Shown here: positions 1 through 10,284 of the stretch, one piece after another
Layout: the number at the start of each line of letters is the position of its first letter
How positions within the stretch are numbered: the stretch's first letter is position 1
Assembly (NCBI GenBank): GCA_963667845.2
Contig: CAXXVL010000002.1
Coordinates: 3,360,001-3,424,000 of the forward strand
Direction: 5' to 3'
Source of the DNA: Smithellaceae bacterium
GTDB lineage: Bacteria > Desulfobacterota > Syntrophia > Syntrophales > Smithellaceae
Length of the DNA stretch: 64,000 nucleotides
Notes under the pieces: generated by a model
The model's input: only the letters and a program-made list of their open reading frames with translations
What the model was told of the DNA's origin: nothing
Databases searched by the model: none
Translations under genes and position numbers: made by a program

Positions 1-672
1 TCCCGTTGCGACGACACGGTACCACGTGCCCTTCCCCTTTATATCCGCCTTCGTAACTTTCGCAGGATAACCCAAAGCGACGACGGTCTTTTGAATCAGA
101 TTCGCCTTTGCCTTATCTTTCATAGACGCCACATGAATAACAAATGAAGGCCCGGTTTCGTTAACAGGATCTTGAGTTTCCTTTATCTTGGAATTCGTTT
201 CCGGACGCGGCTTTTCATGGTCGGCCGCCGGCTGACCGGATGCTTCTTTCCTGGATGGACCTGCGACTTTGCGCTCAGGCATAACAGCCGCAGGCATTTC
301 CGGCTTTGCTTTTTGATCTTCTACTATGCCCTCATCCGTCTTCTTTTCCGAACCCGGCGGCTGTTGAATCGACGGCACCTTGTCGCCGGTCAAGGCATTG
401 TGAAATGCCAAATTCATATTGCCTTTTTCCGACTGCGCTTGCTTGCTTTCCACATTTTTCTGACCGCTCTCGATTCTCGCCGATCGCCAGAAGAAAGCCA
501 GCACCTGCTGCGGAACGGAAGATATTCTTTCGGGGTAGGTATCCATGTTTTTGCCAACCCCGACGCCCAGAACAAAGGAAAGGCACAACAAAATGCTCAT
601 TCCGCAAATCACAATAATTAATCCCGTTCTGCCCAACTTCAATTCAAATTTCTTGATATTTCCGGAGCCCAT
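1..672 (-). CDS. SPOR-domain membrane protein (FtsN/DedD-like), truncated at the window edge
   Basis: Not in the ORF track. Read by hand from ATG 672: MGSGNIKKFELKLGRTGLIIVICGMSILL (TM), a low-complexity linker, then FVIHVASMKDKAKANLIQKTVVALGYPAKVTKADIKGKGTWYRVVATG (SPOR-like). Lies directly downstream of argS, a common synteny. Confidence 0.85.
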   Translation of the reverse strand, partial: MGSGNIKKFELKLGRTGLIIVICGMSILLCLSFVLGVGVGKNMDTYPERISSVPQQVLAFFWRSARIESGQKNVESKQAQSEKGNMNLAFHNALTGDKVPSIQQPPGSEKKTDEGIVEDQKAKPEMPAAVMPERKVAGPSRKEASGQPAADHEKPRPETNSKIKETQDPVNETGPSFVIHVASMKDKAKANLIQKTVVALGYPAKVTKADIKGKGTWYRVVATG

Positions 673-776
673 TCAGTTCTCCCCCCCCCCAAAGGAACCA
701 TTTCCTAACAGGCACATTAATGCAAATTTTCAGGATGAATTACTCGATCAATCCATTCTCAGGTGATACAAATTCT

Positions 777-2441
777 TTACATCTTCTGCGGCGCGTTGAC
801 ACCCAGTATCTTCAGTGCATTTTCCAGCACAATGCGCACGGCATCAACCAGAACCAGGCGGGCGGCAGAAAGCGCCATATCTTCCGTCACAACTTTATTT
901 TTATTATAATAACTATGAAATACACCTGCCAATTCATTTAAATAGAAAGTAATCCGATGCACTTCCAATGATTTTACGGCGCCTTCCAGCATTTCCGGAT
1001 AACGCGCCATCATTTTAATCAGGACCCTTTCTTCCGGTTGGGCAAGGAGTGAAGGATTCATATTTTTGTATGCCGGCAGTGCCATTCCGCGTTCACACGC
1101 CATTCGGATGATGCTGCAGATCCGGGCGTGGGCGTATTGGACGTAGAAAACCGGATTTTCATTGGATTGCTTTTTTGCGACTTCCAGATCGAAATCCAAA
1201 TGGCTGTCCGACCGGCGCATCAGAAAATTGTAGCGGGCTGCATCCTTGCCGACCTCGTCCAGCACTTCCCGCAACGTGACAAATTCGCCGGAACGCGTTG
1301 ACATGGCAACCGGCTCACCCGCACGCAACAGATTTACCAGTTGTACCAGAATGATTTTAAGGTCGTCTTTGTCATGACCCAGAGCCTGAATCGCAGCCCA
1401 CAAACGGGGCATATATCCGTGATGGTCCGCTCCCCAGATATCAATCAGTATGTCAAAACCGCGGGCAAATTTATTCCGATGGTAGGCGATATCGGCGGCA
1501 AAATACGTGGGATCTCCGTTTTTGCGGATGACGACGCGGTCTTTTTCATCGCCGTAGGCCGTCGTTTTAAACCACAATGTTTCGCCGTCCGAATAAATGA
1601 AACCCTGTTTTTGCAGCGAGGATAGAAGATCGCTCACTCCGTTCTCTTTGTATAATTCCTTCTCGCTGAAATAATTGTCGAAGGTCACTCCAAAGTCCTT
1701 TAAATCCTGCTTGATGCCTTCAAGAATCACAGCGCCGGCAACGGCGTTGAAGTAGGGAACCGTTTCTTCTTCAGCCTGGGTGAGATAGCGTTTGCCTTCC
1801 TTGTTGATAATGTCCGACGAAATGTCTTTAATGTAATCCCCCCGATAACAATTCTCGGGAAATTCGATCTTTTCGCCCAGAATTTCCCGATAGCGGTAGA
1901 GGACTGATTTTCCCAGGTTGTTCATCTGGTTGCCGGCGTCGTTGATGTAATATTCCCGGGAAACACGATACCCGTTTGCCTGAAGGAGATTCGACAGAAC
2001 ATCTCCGACGACCGCACCGCGCGCATGCCCAATGTGCAGAGGCCCTGTGGGATTTGCGCTGACGAATTCCACTTGCACTTTTTTGCCCTGACCGATATTG
2101 AGGCAGCCATACTTCTCCCTCTGATCCTGGATTTGCAGCAGGATTTGCCGCCAGAAATCGTCTTTTAATTGAAAATTCAGGAAACCGGGACCGGCAATTT
2201 GCGCTTTTTCAATCAGACCATTCGGATCAACCAGATTCTCCAGAATCGTTTTGGCGATCGCGCGGGGATTTTGCTTGGCCTGGGAGGCCAGAATCATAGC
2301 TATATTACAGGCATAGTCGCCGTGCTCCGGATTAGCCGGCACCTCGATTTCAATGTGCGGCAGTTTCACATCGGGCAGCAGGCCTTTTTGTGTACAGGAC
2401 GCTACGGCATTGGCAATCAGATCAGCAAGTCTATTCTTCAT
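777..2441 (-). CDS. argS: Arginine--tRNA ligase
   Basis: [59 protein letters not shown]. Start placed at MKNRL (2441). Confidence 0.98.
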   Translation of the reverse strand: MKNRLADLIANAVASCTQKGLLPDVKLPHIEIEVPANPEHGDYACNIAMILASQAKQNPRAIAKTILENLVDPNGLIEKAQIAGPGFLNFQLKDDFWRQILLQIQDQREKYGCLNIGQGKKVQVEFVSANPTGPLHIGHARGAVVGDVLSNLLQANGYRVSREYYINDAGNQMNNLGKSVLYRYREILGEKIEFPENCYRGDYIKDISSDIINKEGKRYLTQAEEETVPYFNAVAGAVILEGIKQDLKDFGVTFDNYFSEKELYKENGVSDLLSSLQKQGFIYSDGETLWFKTTAYGDEKDRVVIRKNGDPTYFAADIAYHRNKFARGFDILIDIWGADHHGYMPRLWAAIQALGHDKDDLKIILVQLVNLLRAGEPVAMSTRSGEFVTLREVLDEVGKDAARYNFLMRRSDSHLDFDLEVAKKQSNENPVFYVQYAHARICSIIRMACERGMALPAYKNMNPSLLAQPEERVLIKMMARYPEMLEGAVKSLEVHRITFYLNELAGVFHSYYNKNKVVTEDMALSAARLVLVDAVRIVLENALKILGVNAPQKM

Positions 2442-2464
2442 TAAATCTTCAGAACCTTTCTTAT

Positions 2465-2505
2465 AAAAAAAATGACAAGCGGCTTTTATCATTTGCCGCT
2501 TGTCA
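2465..2505 (-). terminator. Intrinsic terminator at the end of the pil operon
   Basis: Perfect 11-bp inverted repeat TGACAAGCGGC/GCCGCTTGTCA followed by T8 on the minus strand. Confidence 0.8.
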
Positions 2506-2581
2506 CTGCAAGTTGAAGTATTGCCCTTACGATTTCCGGCGATCTTTTCTTAACGGTTCTTCAAGGGATCGCTGTACGTCA

Positions 2582-5500
2582 TCATTGGATGCGGAGATCT
2601 TTCCAGTAAAGCATATTGGCTCTTGACGAAATTGTCGGCGGCTTGAACGGCGCTTTGACCGTTCCACCCTCCTGACCGCCGGCGCCGCTTACCGTCACGT
2701 AAGCATTCATACTCCCGTCGGGATTATAGGATAACAGGACACCGGAAGCGATTCCTGCTCCGACATCGATGTATCTGCTGCCACCCGTAAACAATCCTCC
2801 GCCGACATTGCAATAGGAGGAAGTTGATTCTATGCTGATCGCATATAATTGCGCGGTGCCCGTTTTTGTACAGTTGAGACTGCTCCCGGAGGCCGGTATA
2901 AATGACGTAAAATAGAGAATATTATTAAACGCGACAGGCTGTGACAAAACCTGTTCATTTTTGCCCGCTAAATTGATATACCAGCCCAACTTTGTCGTAT
3001 CACCGCAGTATGTGCTTTTATCCGATGTAATGTTCAGCAAATCACTTCTTAAACAAGGGGACGGGTTGCCGCTTGCATCTTTGCACAGGAGCGGTTTCAT
3101 AGCGTAAACAATGGCAGCAGGCCCCGAACCCGTCGGGTCAACTTCGTCGCCTGAACTCCAGAAAATCCATGTATTATTGGAACGGTCTCTGGTCACGGTC
3201 GGTTGAAAATAAATCGGATATTTGTATGAGCCCGACAGTTTATCGAGCAGCAAAGAACCTTTCCAGCTGCTGGTTCCGCAGTTGGCGTCTGAGGCAAGAT
3301 CGGCTTTGCTGCAAAATTTAACCTGCCACAAATTCCCTTTCATGTCACCGACGTAGCCATGGTCGAGGTATCCGTCGTAATCCCCGTCAACCAGGGAAAT
3401 CTGCGAGGGAATGGCATCACCCATATTGGGACTGCCCACGTTGGCCACGTCCGTTGCATTCCAGGTATAAGACCAGAGGGTCTGACCCGTCCTCAAATCA
3501 AATACAATGATCCCTTTACCGCGCTTGTCCGAGCAGGAACTGGTTCCGCAAGTGGCAGCATTATAGCCTCCGCCGATAACCCCGACCCATGTTTCATTTC
3601 CCGCAATCTTGACTCTGCCGATACTGACTGCGCTCCAGGGCTCACCCAGGAAAGGCGCCACTGTACTGCTCGGCTGCAACGTCCACTTGAAAGTCGGCAT
3701 GGATGTCGGCGAATCCGTAAAGTCAAAAGCATAGTAACCGCAGTAATACGGTGCCGTCGTAGCGTTATAATATTCCGCAATACCGGTATCGCACGACGAA
3801 GAGGAACTCCAATACTTGGTGGTTTGCGGAACTGCACTTTTATCGGTTGTGGTGTAATCACGGTCGTTTCTGCCCAGACTGAACATGACTAACGTCTTCC
3901 AGTCCGTTGAGCTTTTATTCGTACCGTTGGAAAGGGACGCCGGCAGCCACGCATCAGTAGCCGTGATCCGGCCATCGACAAAAAACTGATGTCCCAGCGT
4001 GGAGGTCGTGGTGTAGTGCGCTAAATACTGCAGTTTAGGCAAAAGATTGGGCGGGACAAAACTCCAGAATTCGGCACCGTTTGTTGCATTGAATGCGTGA
4101 AACTGACCGTCATTAGCACCGACGACAATCATGCGCTTCCCGTAACCGTCGCATGTTGTTACTCCGCCGCTGCAATGGCTGGCACGCGGATGTGCTTCTC
4201 TATAGACTTCAAAAGCTTTCTTGTTGGCGATTGTGGGATTGGTTTCAAGTGTATCATTGAAGAAAGGCGTCGGCGTGCCCAGCGTAATGGGGCTCGAATG
4301 AAAAACATCACCCAGTTTCCAGTTATCCGGATTGGTCACATCTGTATAGGGGGTGACTGGATCAACTGTATATCCGCGTACATACTTGATTATCTTATTC
4401 GCCTCTGTCTGATTGGCCACATTCAAATATGAAAAGGGAACATAATTGGTCGAATCAATATCCTTCGCCTGAAATTTCGTCAGACTGCCGCCGATCAATG
4501 TCTGCATATTTCTATCCACTGCAGGAGTATTCTTCAATATGGAGCCGGCCTCCCAGACAACCGCATCCAAACTCCCATCAGTCTTCAGAGACCATTTCTT
4601 CAGAAATCCTTTCCAGAAAGGATAATTACTGCCGACGGGTTCAAAAGTAGCCTCATAAATGAAGTTCTCATCGGCTGTCCGTGATGAAGAAATTGACGAT
4701 GTAGCAAAGGCATAGGATCTCGTTGTAATATCAGACAGAATATTATTTAATTGTGTTTCTATTGCTGTTGAATCATTGGCAAGTAAAGCCATGGTTGTCC
4801 CGCCACCCTTGGATGCCATTATGTTGAGGGGGTGGCTTGGCTCCGTGACATCGTCCGTCATGGCCACGCCGATGACATACGTTAAGATATTAAAGGTGTA
4901 AGACTGTGCATTACTGCCGCTGCCTAATGTTTTCGTTAAAGCCCGCAGGGCATCAATTTTATCATAAACAGCTGGAACCAAGGCTGCGGCCGTGCCTTTG
5001 GTGCCGTTTTCCGAAACGCTGGGCATACCATCCGTGACAAGAATAACAAAATTTTTCTGGCAGGAATCCTGTATGGGACTGCTCTTTCCAGTGTAATTTC
5101 CCTTAAAGTAATCAATAGCGCTCTGCAATGTCCCGGCCATCGGCGTCAGTCCGGCACTGATGATAAAAGGACAGGAATTCGACTTGCTTCCACTGCATAA
5201 TGTGCTGTTCATATAACCAGCCGCATCATTCGCATGCGTTACCAATTTATTCGTCAATGCATTGTAATGGGTCGTGCTGTCAGTCTCAGCTTCTACATGC
5301 AAATACCCGCCTCCCGGTGAATTATCAGCAAACCAGGTCCCACCGTCGACATGCAGCCAGGCATTTCGTCGGCCGAAATCTTTAAAACCCAGAGCAATAT
5401 CCTCATCCGTCGGGGTAAATGATACATCGTCCCAGAATTTAGTACTACCATCATATTGTCCAGGATTGGTTCCTGCATAAGTACCGTCACTTGTTCCTAA

Positions 5501-6235
5501 CTTCTTGTGATAGCAATCGTACTTGTCTGTTGATTCGGCTGTACTGTAATTTCCCGAATAACAGAAAGCATTTCCCATATCACCTGAAGAGTAAAGCGTT
5601 CCCGGAATTTTGTAATAAACATTTTTTGTAGAATCCGTTGGACTGTATGAGGGATTCAGGTAATACTGGCTTTTGGGATAAATCCGCTTGCAATAATTCT
5701 TTCTCTTATCACTGCCTGCAGTACTTCCTGGACTTACTAAAATTTCATCACGGTAGGTGGCATCAAAACTGGTATTATCAACGGCACAGGCGCTCTGACA
5801 GACTGCCTGTTTGGCAGCGTCTTCGGTAACACAGTAATCGTAACACTCGGCAGGCGGGTTCAGGCAATAGGACTTGGGATCATACGACGTAAAATACGGC
5901 ATGTTGTGCATTTGGTTGCTTGCGACACTTGGAAGTTTATAGGTCATTAAACCGATTCGCATTGAACTTCTAAAATTATCAACGACCTTCTGTATTGCTT
6001 TCTTCGCGCCGACAAGCCGACTATCTACCGGGACCGATGCCCACGAGCCCACCAGGTTGCCAGTGAAATCTTCATCCATGCTCTGGGAATTATCTAGAAT
6101 AATCAGCACATTGGGAACGTATGATGAACCCTGGGTAAAGAGATCCTGGTCATCGGCAATTGCCGTTCTTACCAATGATAGATTGAATATGAAGAGGAAG
6201 ATGAAAATCGTGGAATGGTATATTGCCTTTTTCAT
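2582..6235 (-). CDS. pilY1: PilY1/PilC type IV pilus tip adhesin (vWA plus beta-propeller)
   Basis: Signal peptide; vWA MIDAS ILDNSQSM and ILVTDG; KLGDVFHSSP, VGANDGQFHAF, EFWSFVP, FFVDG; Ca-binding loop DGDYDGYLD; C-terminal YWKDL; follows pilVWX. Confidence 0.93.
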   Translation of the reverse strand: MKKAIYHSTIFIFLFIFNLSLVRTAIADDQDLFTQGSSYVPNVLIILDNSQSMDEDFTGNLVGSWASVPVDSRLVGAKKAIQKVVDNFRSSMRIGLMTYKLPSVASNQMHNMPYFTSYDPKSYCLNPPAECYDYCVTEDAAKQAVCQSACAVDNTSFDATYRDEILVSPGSTAGSDKRKNYCKRIYPKSQYYLNPSYSPTDSTKNVYYKIPGTLYSSGDMGNAFCYSGNYSTAESTDKYDCYHKKLGTSDGTYAGTNPGQYDGSTKFWDDVSFTPTDEDIALGFKDFGRRNAWLHVDGGTWFADNSPGGGYLHVEAETDSTTHYNALTNKLVTHANDAAGYMNSTLCSGSKSNSCPFIISAGLTPMAGTLQSAIDYFKGNYTGKSSPIQDSCQKNFVILVTDGMPSVSENGTKGTAAALVPAVYDKIDALRALTKTLGSGSNAQSYTFNILTYVIGVAMTDDVTEPSHPLNIMASKGGGTTMALLANDSTAIETQLNNILSDITTRSYAFATSSISSSRTADENFIYEATFEPVGSNYPFWKGFLKKWSLKTDGSLDAVVWEAGSILKNTPAVDRNMQTLIGGSLTKFQAKDIDSTNYVPFSYLNVANQTEANKIIKYVRGYTVDPVTPYTDVTNPDNWKLGDVFHSSPITLGTPTPFFNDTLETNPTIANKKAFEVYREAHPRASHCSGGVTTCDGYGKRMIVVGANDGQFHAFNATNGAEFWSFVPPNLLPKLQYLAHYTTTSTLGHQFFVDGRITATDAWLPASLSNGTNKSSTDWKTLVMFSLGRNDRDYTTTDKSAVPQTTKYWSSSSSCDTGIAEYYNATTAPYYCGYYAFDFTDSPTSMPTFKWTLQPSSTVAPFLGEPWSAVSIGRVKIAGNETWVGVIGGGYNAATCGTSSCSDKRGKGIIVFDLRTGQTLWSYTWNATDVANVGSPNMGDAIPSQISLVDGDYDGYLDHGYVGDMKGNLWQVKFCSKADLASDANCGTSSWKGSLLLDKLSGSYKYPIYFQPTVTRDRSNNTWIFWSSGDEVDPTGSGPAAIVYAMKPLLCKDASGNPSPCLRSDLLNITSDKSTYCGDTTKLGWYINLAGKNEQVLSQPVAFNNILYFTSFIPASGSSLNCTKTGTAQLYAISIESTSSYCNVGGGLFTGGSRYIDVGAGIASGVLLSYNPDGSMNAYVTVSGAGGQEGGTVKAPFKPPTISSRANMLYWKDLRIQ

Positions 6236-6265
6236 AAAAGCCTCCGTAGATAAGATCTTTTGCGA

Positions 6266-6628
6266 TCAACGAATGGTTACTTCTTTCAAAACGCCATTGA
6301 TAAAGAACATTTCCGCCATTTTTTTGCCTTGAAAAACCGGTTTTCCTTTACCGTATTCGATTTTCACGCCCTTCAAACTATATGACTTCCCGCTTTCCAG
6401 ATAAAGAGTATTATTCTGTATTTTGGAAACGATACCGGTCACTTTTAGAATTTTGGTTTGTGAGGGCGACGAAGCCACGGGAGTTCCAGGCGCCGGAGTT
6501 ACGGCAAGACTTTCAGTACCGATCAAGAAAAATGAAATCAATACTATTGAAACAGCAATAAAAATGTATTTGAAGTGCAACATTGCTCTCTTTACCTCCT
6601 GCCCTTGTTTTTGACTTTGATTTTCCAT
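6266..6628 (-). CDS. Small exported/membrane hypothetical protein in the pil operon
   Basis: TAATG stop/start overlap with pilX; hydrophobic N-terminal segment, Pro/Ser linker, small beta-rich domain. Confidence 0.7.
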   Translation of the reverse strand: MENQSQKQGQEVKRAMLHFKYIFIAVSIVLISFFLIGTESLAVTPAPGTPVASSPSQTKILKVTGIVSKIQNNTLYLESGKSYSLKGVKIEYGKGKPVFQGKKMAEMFFINGVLKEVTIR

Positions 6629-7152
6629 TACTTATAAACCAACGATAATGAGATCGGTCCGTAGGCAACACCGATACCTACACGTTCCTCAGTTTTATAG
6701 GTTGTATTTTCCCCGGAAACCGCCAAATCATACCTGGCCATCCCCCACCCCTGAGACGACTCCATCGAGTAGCCGGGCGGAGGAAGCGCAGCAAAAGGGC
6801 TCAAAGTGATGTTGTCGATTCTGTATCGGGAACCCGGCGCATAGGTTGCATCAACATCTGTCCATGTACTCAGAGGCAGGGCGGTCCCGTCAGGTTTCTT
6901 CAATCCGAAATTCGTCGCCATGGGATCGAAAGACTGCGTTGTTATATGATAACCGCTCTCAACAGCGGCCAAAGCCCTTTTTTCGCCCAGAGAGCTCACA
7001 CTGGTTCTTAAATCCTCCGTAGATATTAAAACGACCATAAATCCCAACGCTATGATGATTGCGCAGGCAATAATTGCTGTAAGCAGGATAAAACCTCTTT
7101 CCGAACCTAAAACACCGCTTCTTGATATTATTTCGTTATGTTGAATCTTCAT
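6628..7152 (-). CDS. pilX: PilX-like minor pilin
   Basis: SERG|FILLTAIIA prepilin-like N-terminus lacking Glu+5 (typical of PilX); RALAAVESG; position between pilW and pilY1. Confidence 0.8.
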   Translation of the reverse strand: MKIQHNEIISRSGVLGSERGFILLTAIIACAIIIALGFMVVLISTEDLRTSVSSLGEKRALAAVESGYHITTQSFDPMATNFGLKKPDGTALPLSTWTDVDATYAPGSRYRIDNITLSPFAALPPPGYSMESSQGWGMARYDLAVSGENTTYKTEERVGIGVAYGPISLSLVYK

Positions 7153-7862
7153 GGGTTGGCTCCGTGGTTTCTGGGTATGACACGCGTCGAATAGACAATT
7201 CTTCGTCGGGCATGAGTCGCCGGATCAATATCTTCCGTATCCGCAACCAGCGTGATTTCTATCGTGTTAATCAACGGAATTTGTGCCGGTAAATTGGCCG
7301 ACGCGATCAGGTTGTTATTAAAATCAAAGTATCGAAAGACGGGTACATTAACGGCATTATTGACAATCCGTATAATTCGCGGCCGTCCGCTTGCGGCCGT
7401 ATCACCCAGAAAGGGAAGCACGGCGCCGCAATTGGTTCTGCGGGTGACGCGGAGATTAGCCGTGTCATAGTTATATTCAATGATTTCGTTCGGGTTATTC
7501 GCGGTACCATTGATAACCGAATTATCGTTGGCGTCCATTTCAATCGTGATCATGTCAGACGTTGCGACTTGAATGCCTTTGTATGTGGCATTAGCCGCAG
7601 CCGAAGTGCAGTCCGCAGCGTTGCGCCATATGGTATTATCCAGGCTCGAATTATAGGACGCCATTCGAATCTCCAGCGCCATCAAATCCAGTCCGCTCCG
7701 GACATCCTTCTGCGCAATTATCTTTCTGTCCATTCCTGCGGTTGATTTTTGAGTCAATGTGACAATGCTATAAACACCAACCATCATCAGCGCACCGACA
7801 ACCAGTGCGATCAGTATTTCAATGAGCGTGAAACCGTTTCTTGTCTTCATCATCGTTAGCAT
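7149..7862 (-). CDS. pilW: PilW-like minor pilin
   Basis: RNG|FTLIEILIAL N-methylation motif; LDLMALEIRMA; C-terminal VIPRN. Confidence 0.85.
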   Translation of the reverse strand: MLTMMKTRNGFTLIEILIALVVGALMMVGVYSIVTLTQKSTAGMDRKIIAQKDVRSGLDLMALEIRMASYNSSLDNTIWRNAADCTSAAANATYKGIQVATSDMITIEMDANDNSVINGTANNPNEIIEYNYDTANLRVTRRTNCGAVLPFLGDTAASGRPRIIRIVNNAVNVPVFRYFDFNNNLIASANLPAQIPLINTIEITLVADTEDIDPATHARRRIVYSTRVIPRNHGANP

Positions 7863-8323
7863 CCGTTCTTAAAATACTGCTGACGTGAAACAAAGATCGT
7901 CTGGTTTATGCCGGTCGCATTCAACGGCGGCCATGTTACCGTTACGGTGATGCGAAAATAATTGTCGGTCACAGCCGTAATTTGGGTTACAATGTGGTAG
8001 CTTGCATCACCCGCTGTCCCTCCCGCAAGACCGCTCACATAAATATCTAAAGGAAGGCTTGCAGTCGCGCCTGCAGCGGGTATTGCCGGAATGCCGTTTA
8101 AGGCTGATGCAGCCGTGTTGCATTGATTCATTATATAAGCTTCCGTGCTCTCCAGTTGCCTGTGCATAATTTCCGATCCCCTGCCCAGGTAGTCTGCCTT
8201 TGCTGCCGATTTCCAGGCCGGTGATTGTAATGAAAAAGCGGCAAATATAGCCGTCGTGGTCAAGAATATGGCAATCATGACCTCGACCATACCCATACCT
8301 TTATTAGTCTGTAAAAGTAACAT
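7856..8323 (-). CDS. pilV: PilV-like minor pilin
   Basis: KG|MGMVEVMIAIFL class III signal; C-terminal ITVTVTWP. Confidence 0.8.
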   Translation of the reverse strand: MLLLQTNKGMGMVEVMIAIFLTTTAIFAAFSLQSPAWKSAAKADYLGRGSEIMHRQLESTEAYIMNQCNTAASALNGIPAIPAAGATASLPLDIYVSGLAGGTAGDASYHIVTQITAVTDNYFRITVTVTWPPLNATGINQTIFVSRQQYFKNGC

Positions 8324-8801
8324 CTACAGTCCCCCTGCTATTGAGTGTAATTGTCGCTGTCACATCTCGGCTGTTCTTTAGAGTGACCGTTCCGGTATCA
8401 CTTTGATTAGCCACTTGAGGATTGCAATGTCCCACTAATCCCCTCGGTGTCATCCTGACAACGTGACAACCGGTAAAATTGCTATTTTCTATGATTGCAT
8501 CATGAGCTCCTGATGCTTCTATAGGAGTTTCGCTGATGTTAACAACCGCGAAATTATCTTGTGCCGGAGCAGAAATATCATATTTATCAGTAGCATTAAA
8601 CGTGATCGTATACACTCGGCCCTCTCCAATGGCCCGGGTTCTGTATTTTGTCAGGTCGGAGGCCACCTTCCTTGCTCCCGACCGTAAATTAGTCTTGGTG
8701 ACGTATGATTGCCAGGACAGCGATGCAACGGAAAGCACCACGCCGAGTATCGCAATGACAACAAGCAACTCAACTATGGAAAAACCTTTTCTATTTTTCA
8801 T
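8304..8801 (-). CDS. FimT/FimU (GspH-like) minor pilin
   Basis: RKG|FSIVELLVVIAIL; ARKVASDL..RTRAI; C-terminal LNSRGTV. Confidence 0.85.
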   Translation of the reverse strand: MKNRKGFSIVELLVVIAILGVVLSVASLSWQSYVTKTNLRSGARKVASDLTKYRTRAIGEGRVYTITFNATDKYDISAPAQDNFAVVNISETPIEASGAHDAIIENSNFTGCHVVRMTPRGLVGHCNPQVANQSDTGTVTLKNSRDVTATITLNSRGTVDVTFTD

Positions 8802-8852
8802 ACTGATTTACCATAAATCGTTTAAATTCTAAGACCCGTATCACTTTCCTTG

Positions 8853-9338
8853 TCAATAAGCATCGAATGAAACATAGACCCTGCCTGTTAAATTCGATGT
8901 TATCTTAGCATGCAAGCCGTCGCCATTTTCCAATACGAGCGATCCCGCAGACACTGTGCCCCTCGGTTGAAAAATTATCTGAGCGTTCGGATAATTTAAG
9001 GGATGATCCGCTGAAAATACTACAGCACGACCTTCGGAATTCAAATTCTTGACGATCGCATCTTCCTCATCGTATTCAGAAGCCATTCCTTTAGCACCAC
9101 CCTTTAAAATCCTGTAACTGTTGTTCTCTATGTCTAAAACTATCTTATAATGAACACAATCCGCCATAGCCTTTTGCTTTAAAAAAACACAATCTGCGCT
9201 GATAGCTCTTGCTGAATTTCTCAAGTCGACTTTCTGTCTGTATTTGCCGTATGTGGAAACAGCTAATGTTGAAATAATGGCGGCAATGAAAATAACAATA
9301 ACCATTTCAACAACTGTAAAACCTCGCTGAGAATCCAT
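8853..9338 (-). CDS. Second FimT/FimU (GspH-like) minor pilin
   Basis: QRG|FTVVEMVIVIFI; IIFQPRG; TGRVYV. Confidence 0.85.
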   Translation of the reverse strand: MDSQRGFTVVEMVIVIFIAAIISTLAVSTYGKYRQKVDLRNSARAISADCVFLKQKAMADCVHYKIVLDIENNSYRILKGGAKGMASEYDEEDAIVKNLNSEGRAVVFSADHPLNYPNAQIIFQPRGTVSAGSLVLENGDGLHAKITSNLTGRVYVSFDAY

Positions 9339-9470
9339 TCTCGTTTCCAGCCTTTCCGTAAGCAGGTCTAGTTTGTTTTTCTTTTAGACTCTTCATATCC
9401 TCTCAATAAAGTGATCCCGATTTAACCAATTGATGCATTTTAAGTCATCGACTATTTTCATTCAACGTTC

Positions 9471-10229
9471 TCAGAAACGATATAATAAAAGATTAAAAGC
9501 ATCGCCCCAGAAAATATAAACCACGGCCGCAACCGATAAAAAAGGTCCGAAGGGTACCGCATACTTCGTGTCTTTCTTTTTAACAACCATCGCGATCAAT
9601 CCTATCAATGCCCCCGTAAAAGAACTGAACAGCAAAACGAAAATCAACGATTTCCATCCCAGAAAGGCGCCGATCATGGCCAAGAGCTTTATATCGCCCC
9701 CGCCCATGCCTTCGCGTTTCGTAATCTTTTCGTAAACAAAAGCGATCAGAAAAAGCAAACCGCCGCCGATCAGTAACCCGACAAGGGCCTCATGCCAGGG
9801 AATCTTTACGACAAAAACGGCTAACAGAAAAAAAATGGGAATACCGGGTAAAGACAGAATATCGGGGATTATTTGATGATCAAAATCAATAAAGCTGATG
9901 ACAATCAGAACTGCCGTAAAAATGAAGAATACCAGAAAATTGAATGTCAGACCGAATTTGATAAACAGCAACAAAGTTAACAAACCGGTAACCAACTCGA
10001 CCAGCGGATACCGCCATGAAATTTTTTCTCCGCAGTCCCGGCACTTCGCCCGCAAGATCGCGAAACTGATGATCGGGATATTATCGAAGAATCGAATCGG
10101 ATGGTGGCAATGCGGACAACGAGAAAGCGGTGTAACGATAGATTCTCTTGCCGGTATGCGGAAAATGCATACATTGAGAAAGCTGCCGACCACAGCGCCG
10201 AAAATGAAGGCAAAAATGTTTAAGATCAT
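9471..10229 (-). CDS. pilD: Prepilin peptidase/N-methyltransferase
   Basis: GSFLNVCIFRIP, two CxxC motifs, FIDFDHQIIPD, GMGGGDIKL, VPFGPFL. Confidence 0.97.
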   Translation of the reverse strand: MILNIFAFIFGAVVGSFLNVCIFRIPARESIVTPLSRCPHCHHPIRFFDNIPIISFAILRAKCRDCGEKISWRYPLVELVTGLLTLLLFIKFGLTFNFLVFFIFTAVLIVISFIDFDHQIIPDILSLPGIPIFFLLAVFVVKIPWHEALVGLLIGGGLLFLIAFVYEKITKREGMGGGDIKLLAMIGAFLGWKSLIFVLLFSSFTGALIGLIAMVVKKKDTKYAVPFGPFLSVAAVVYIFWGDAFNLLLYRF

Positions 10230-10284
10230 GCAATTCTCTTCTATTCTCTCTGAACGGGATTTTTCTGGGATGCTGGTTTGATGA

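Noticed and set aside
2582..9338. Diversity-generating retroelement or shufflon acting on PilY1/pilins
   Set aside because: I saw no reverse transcriptase, recombinase, template/variable repeat pair or repeated crossover sites.
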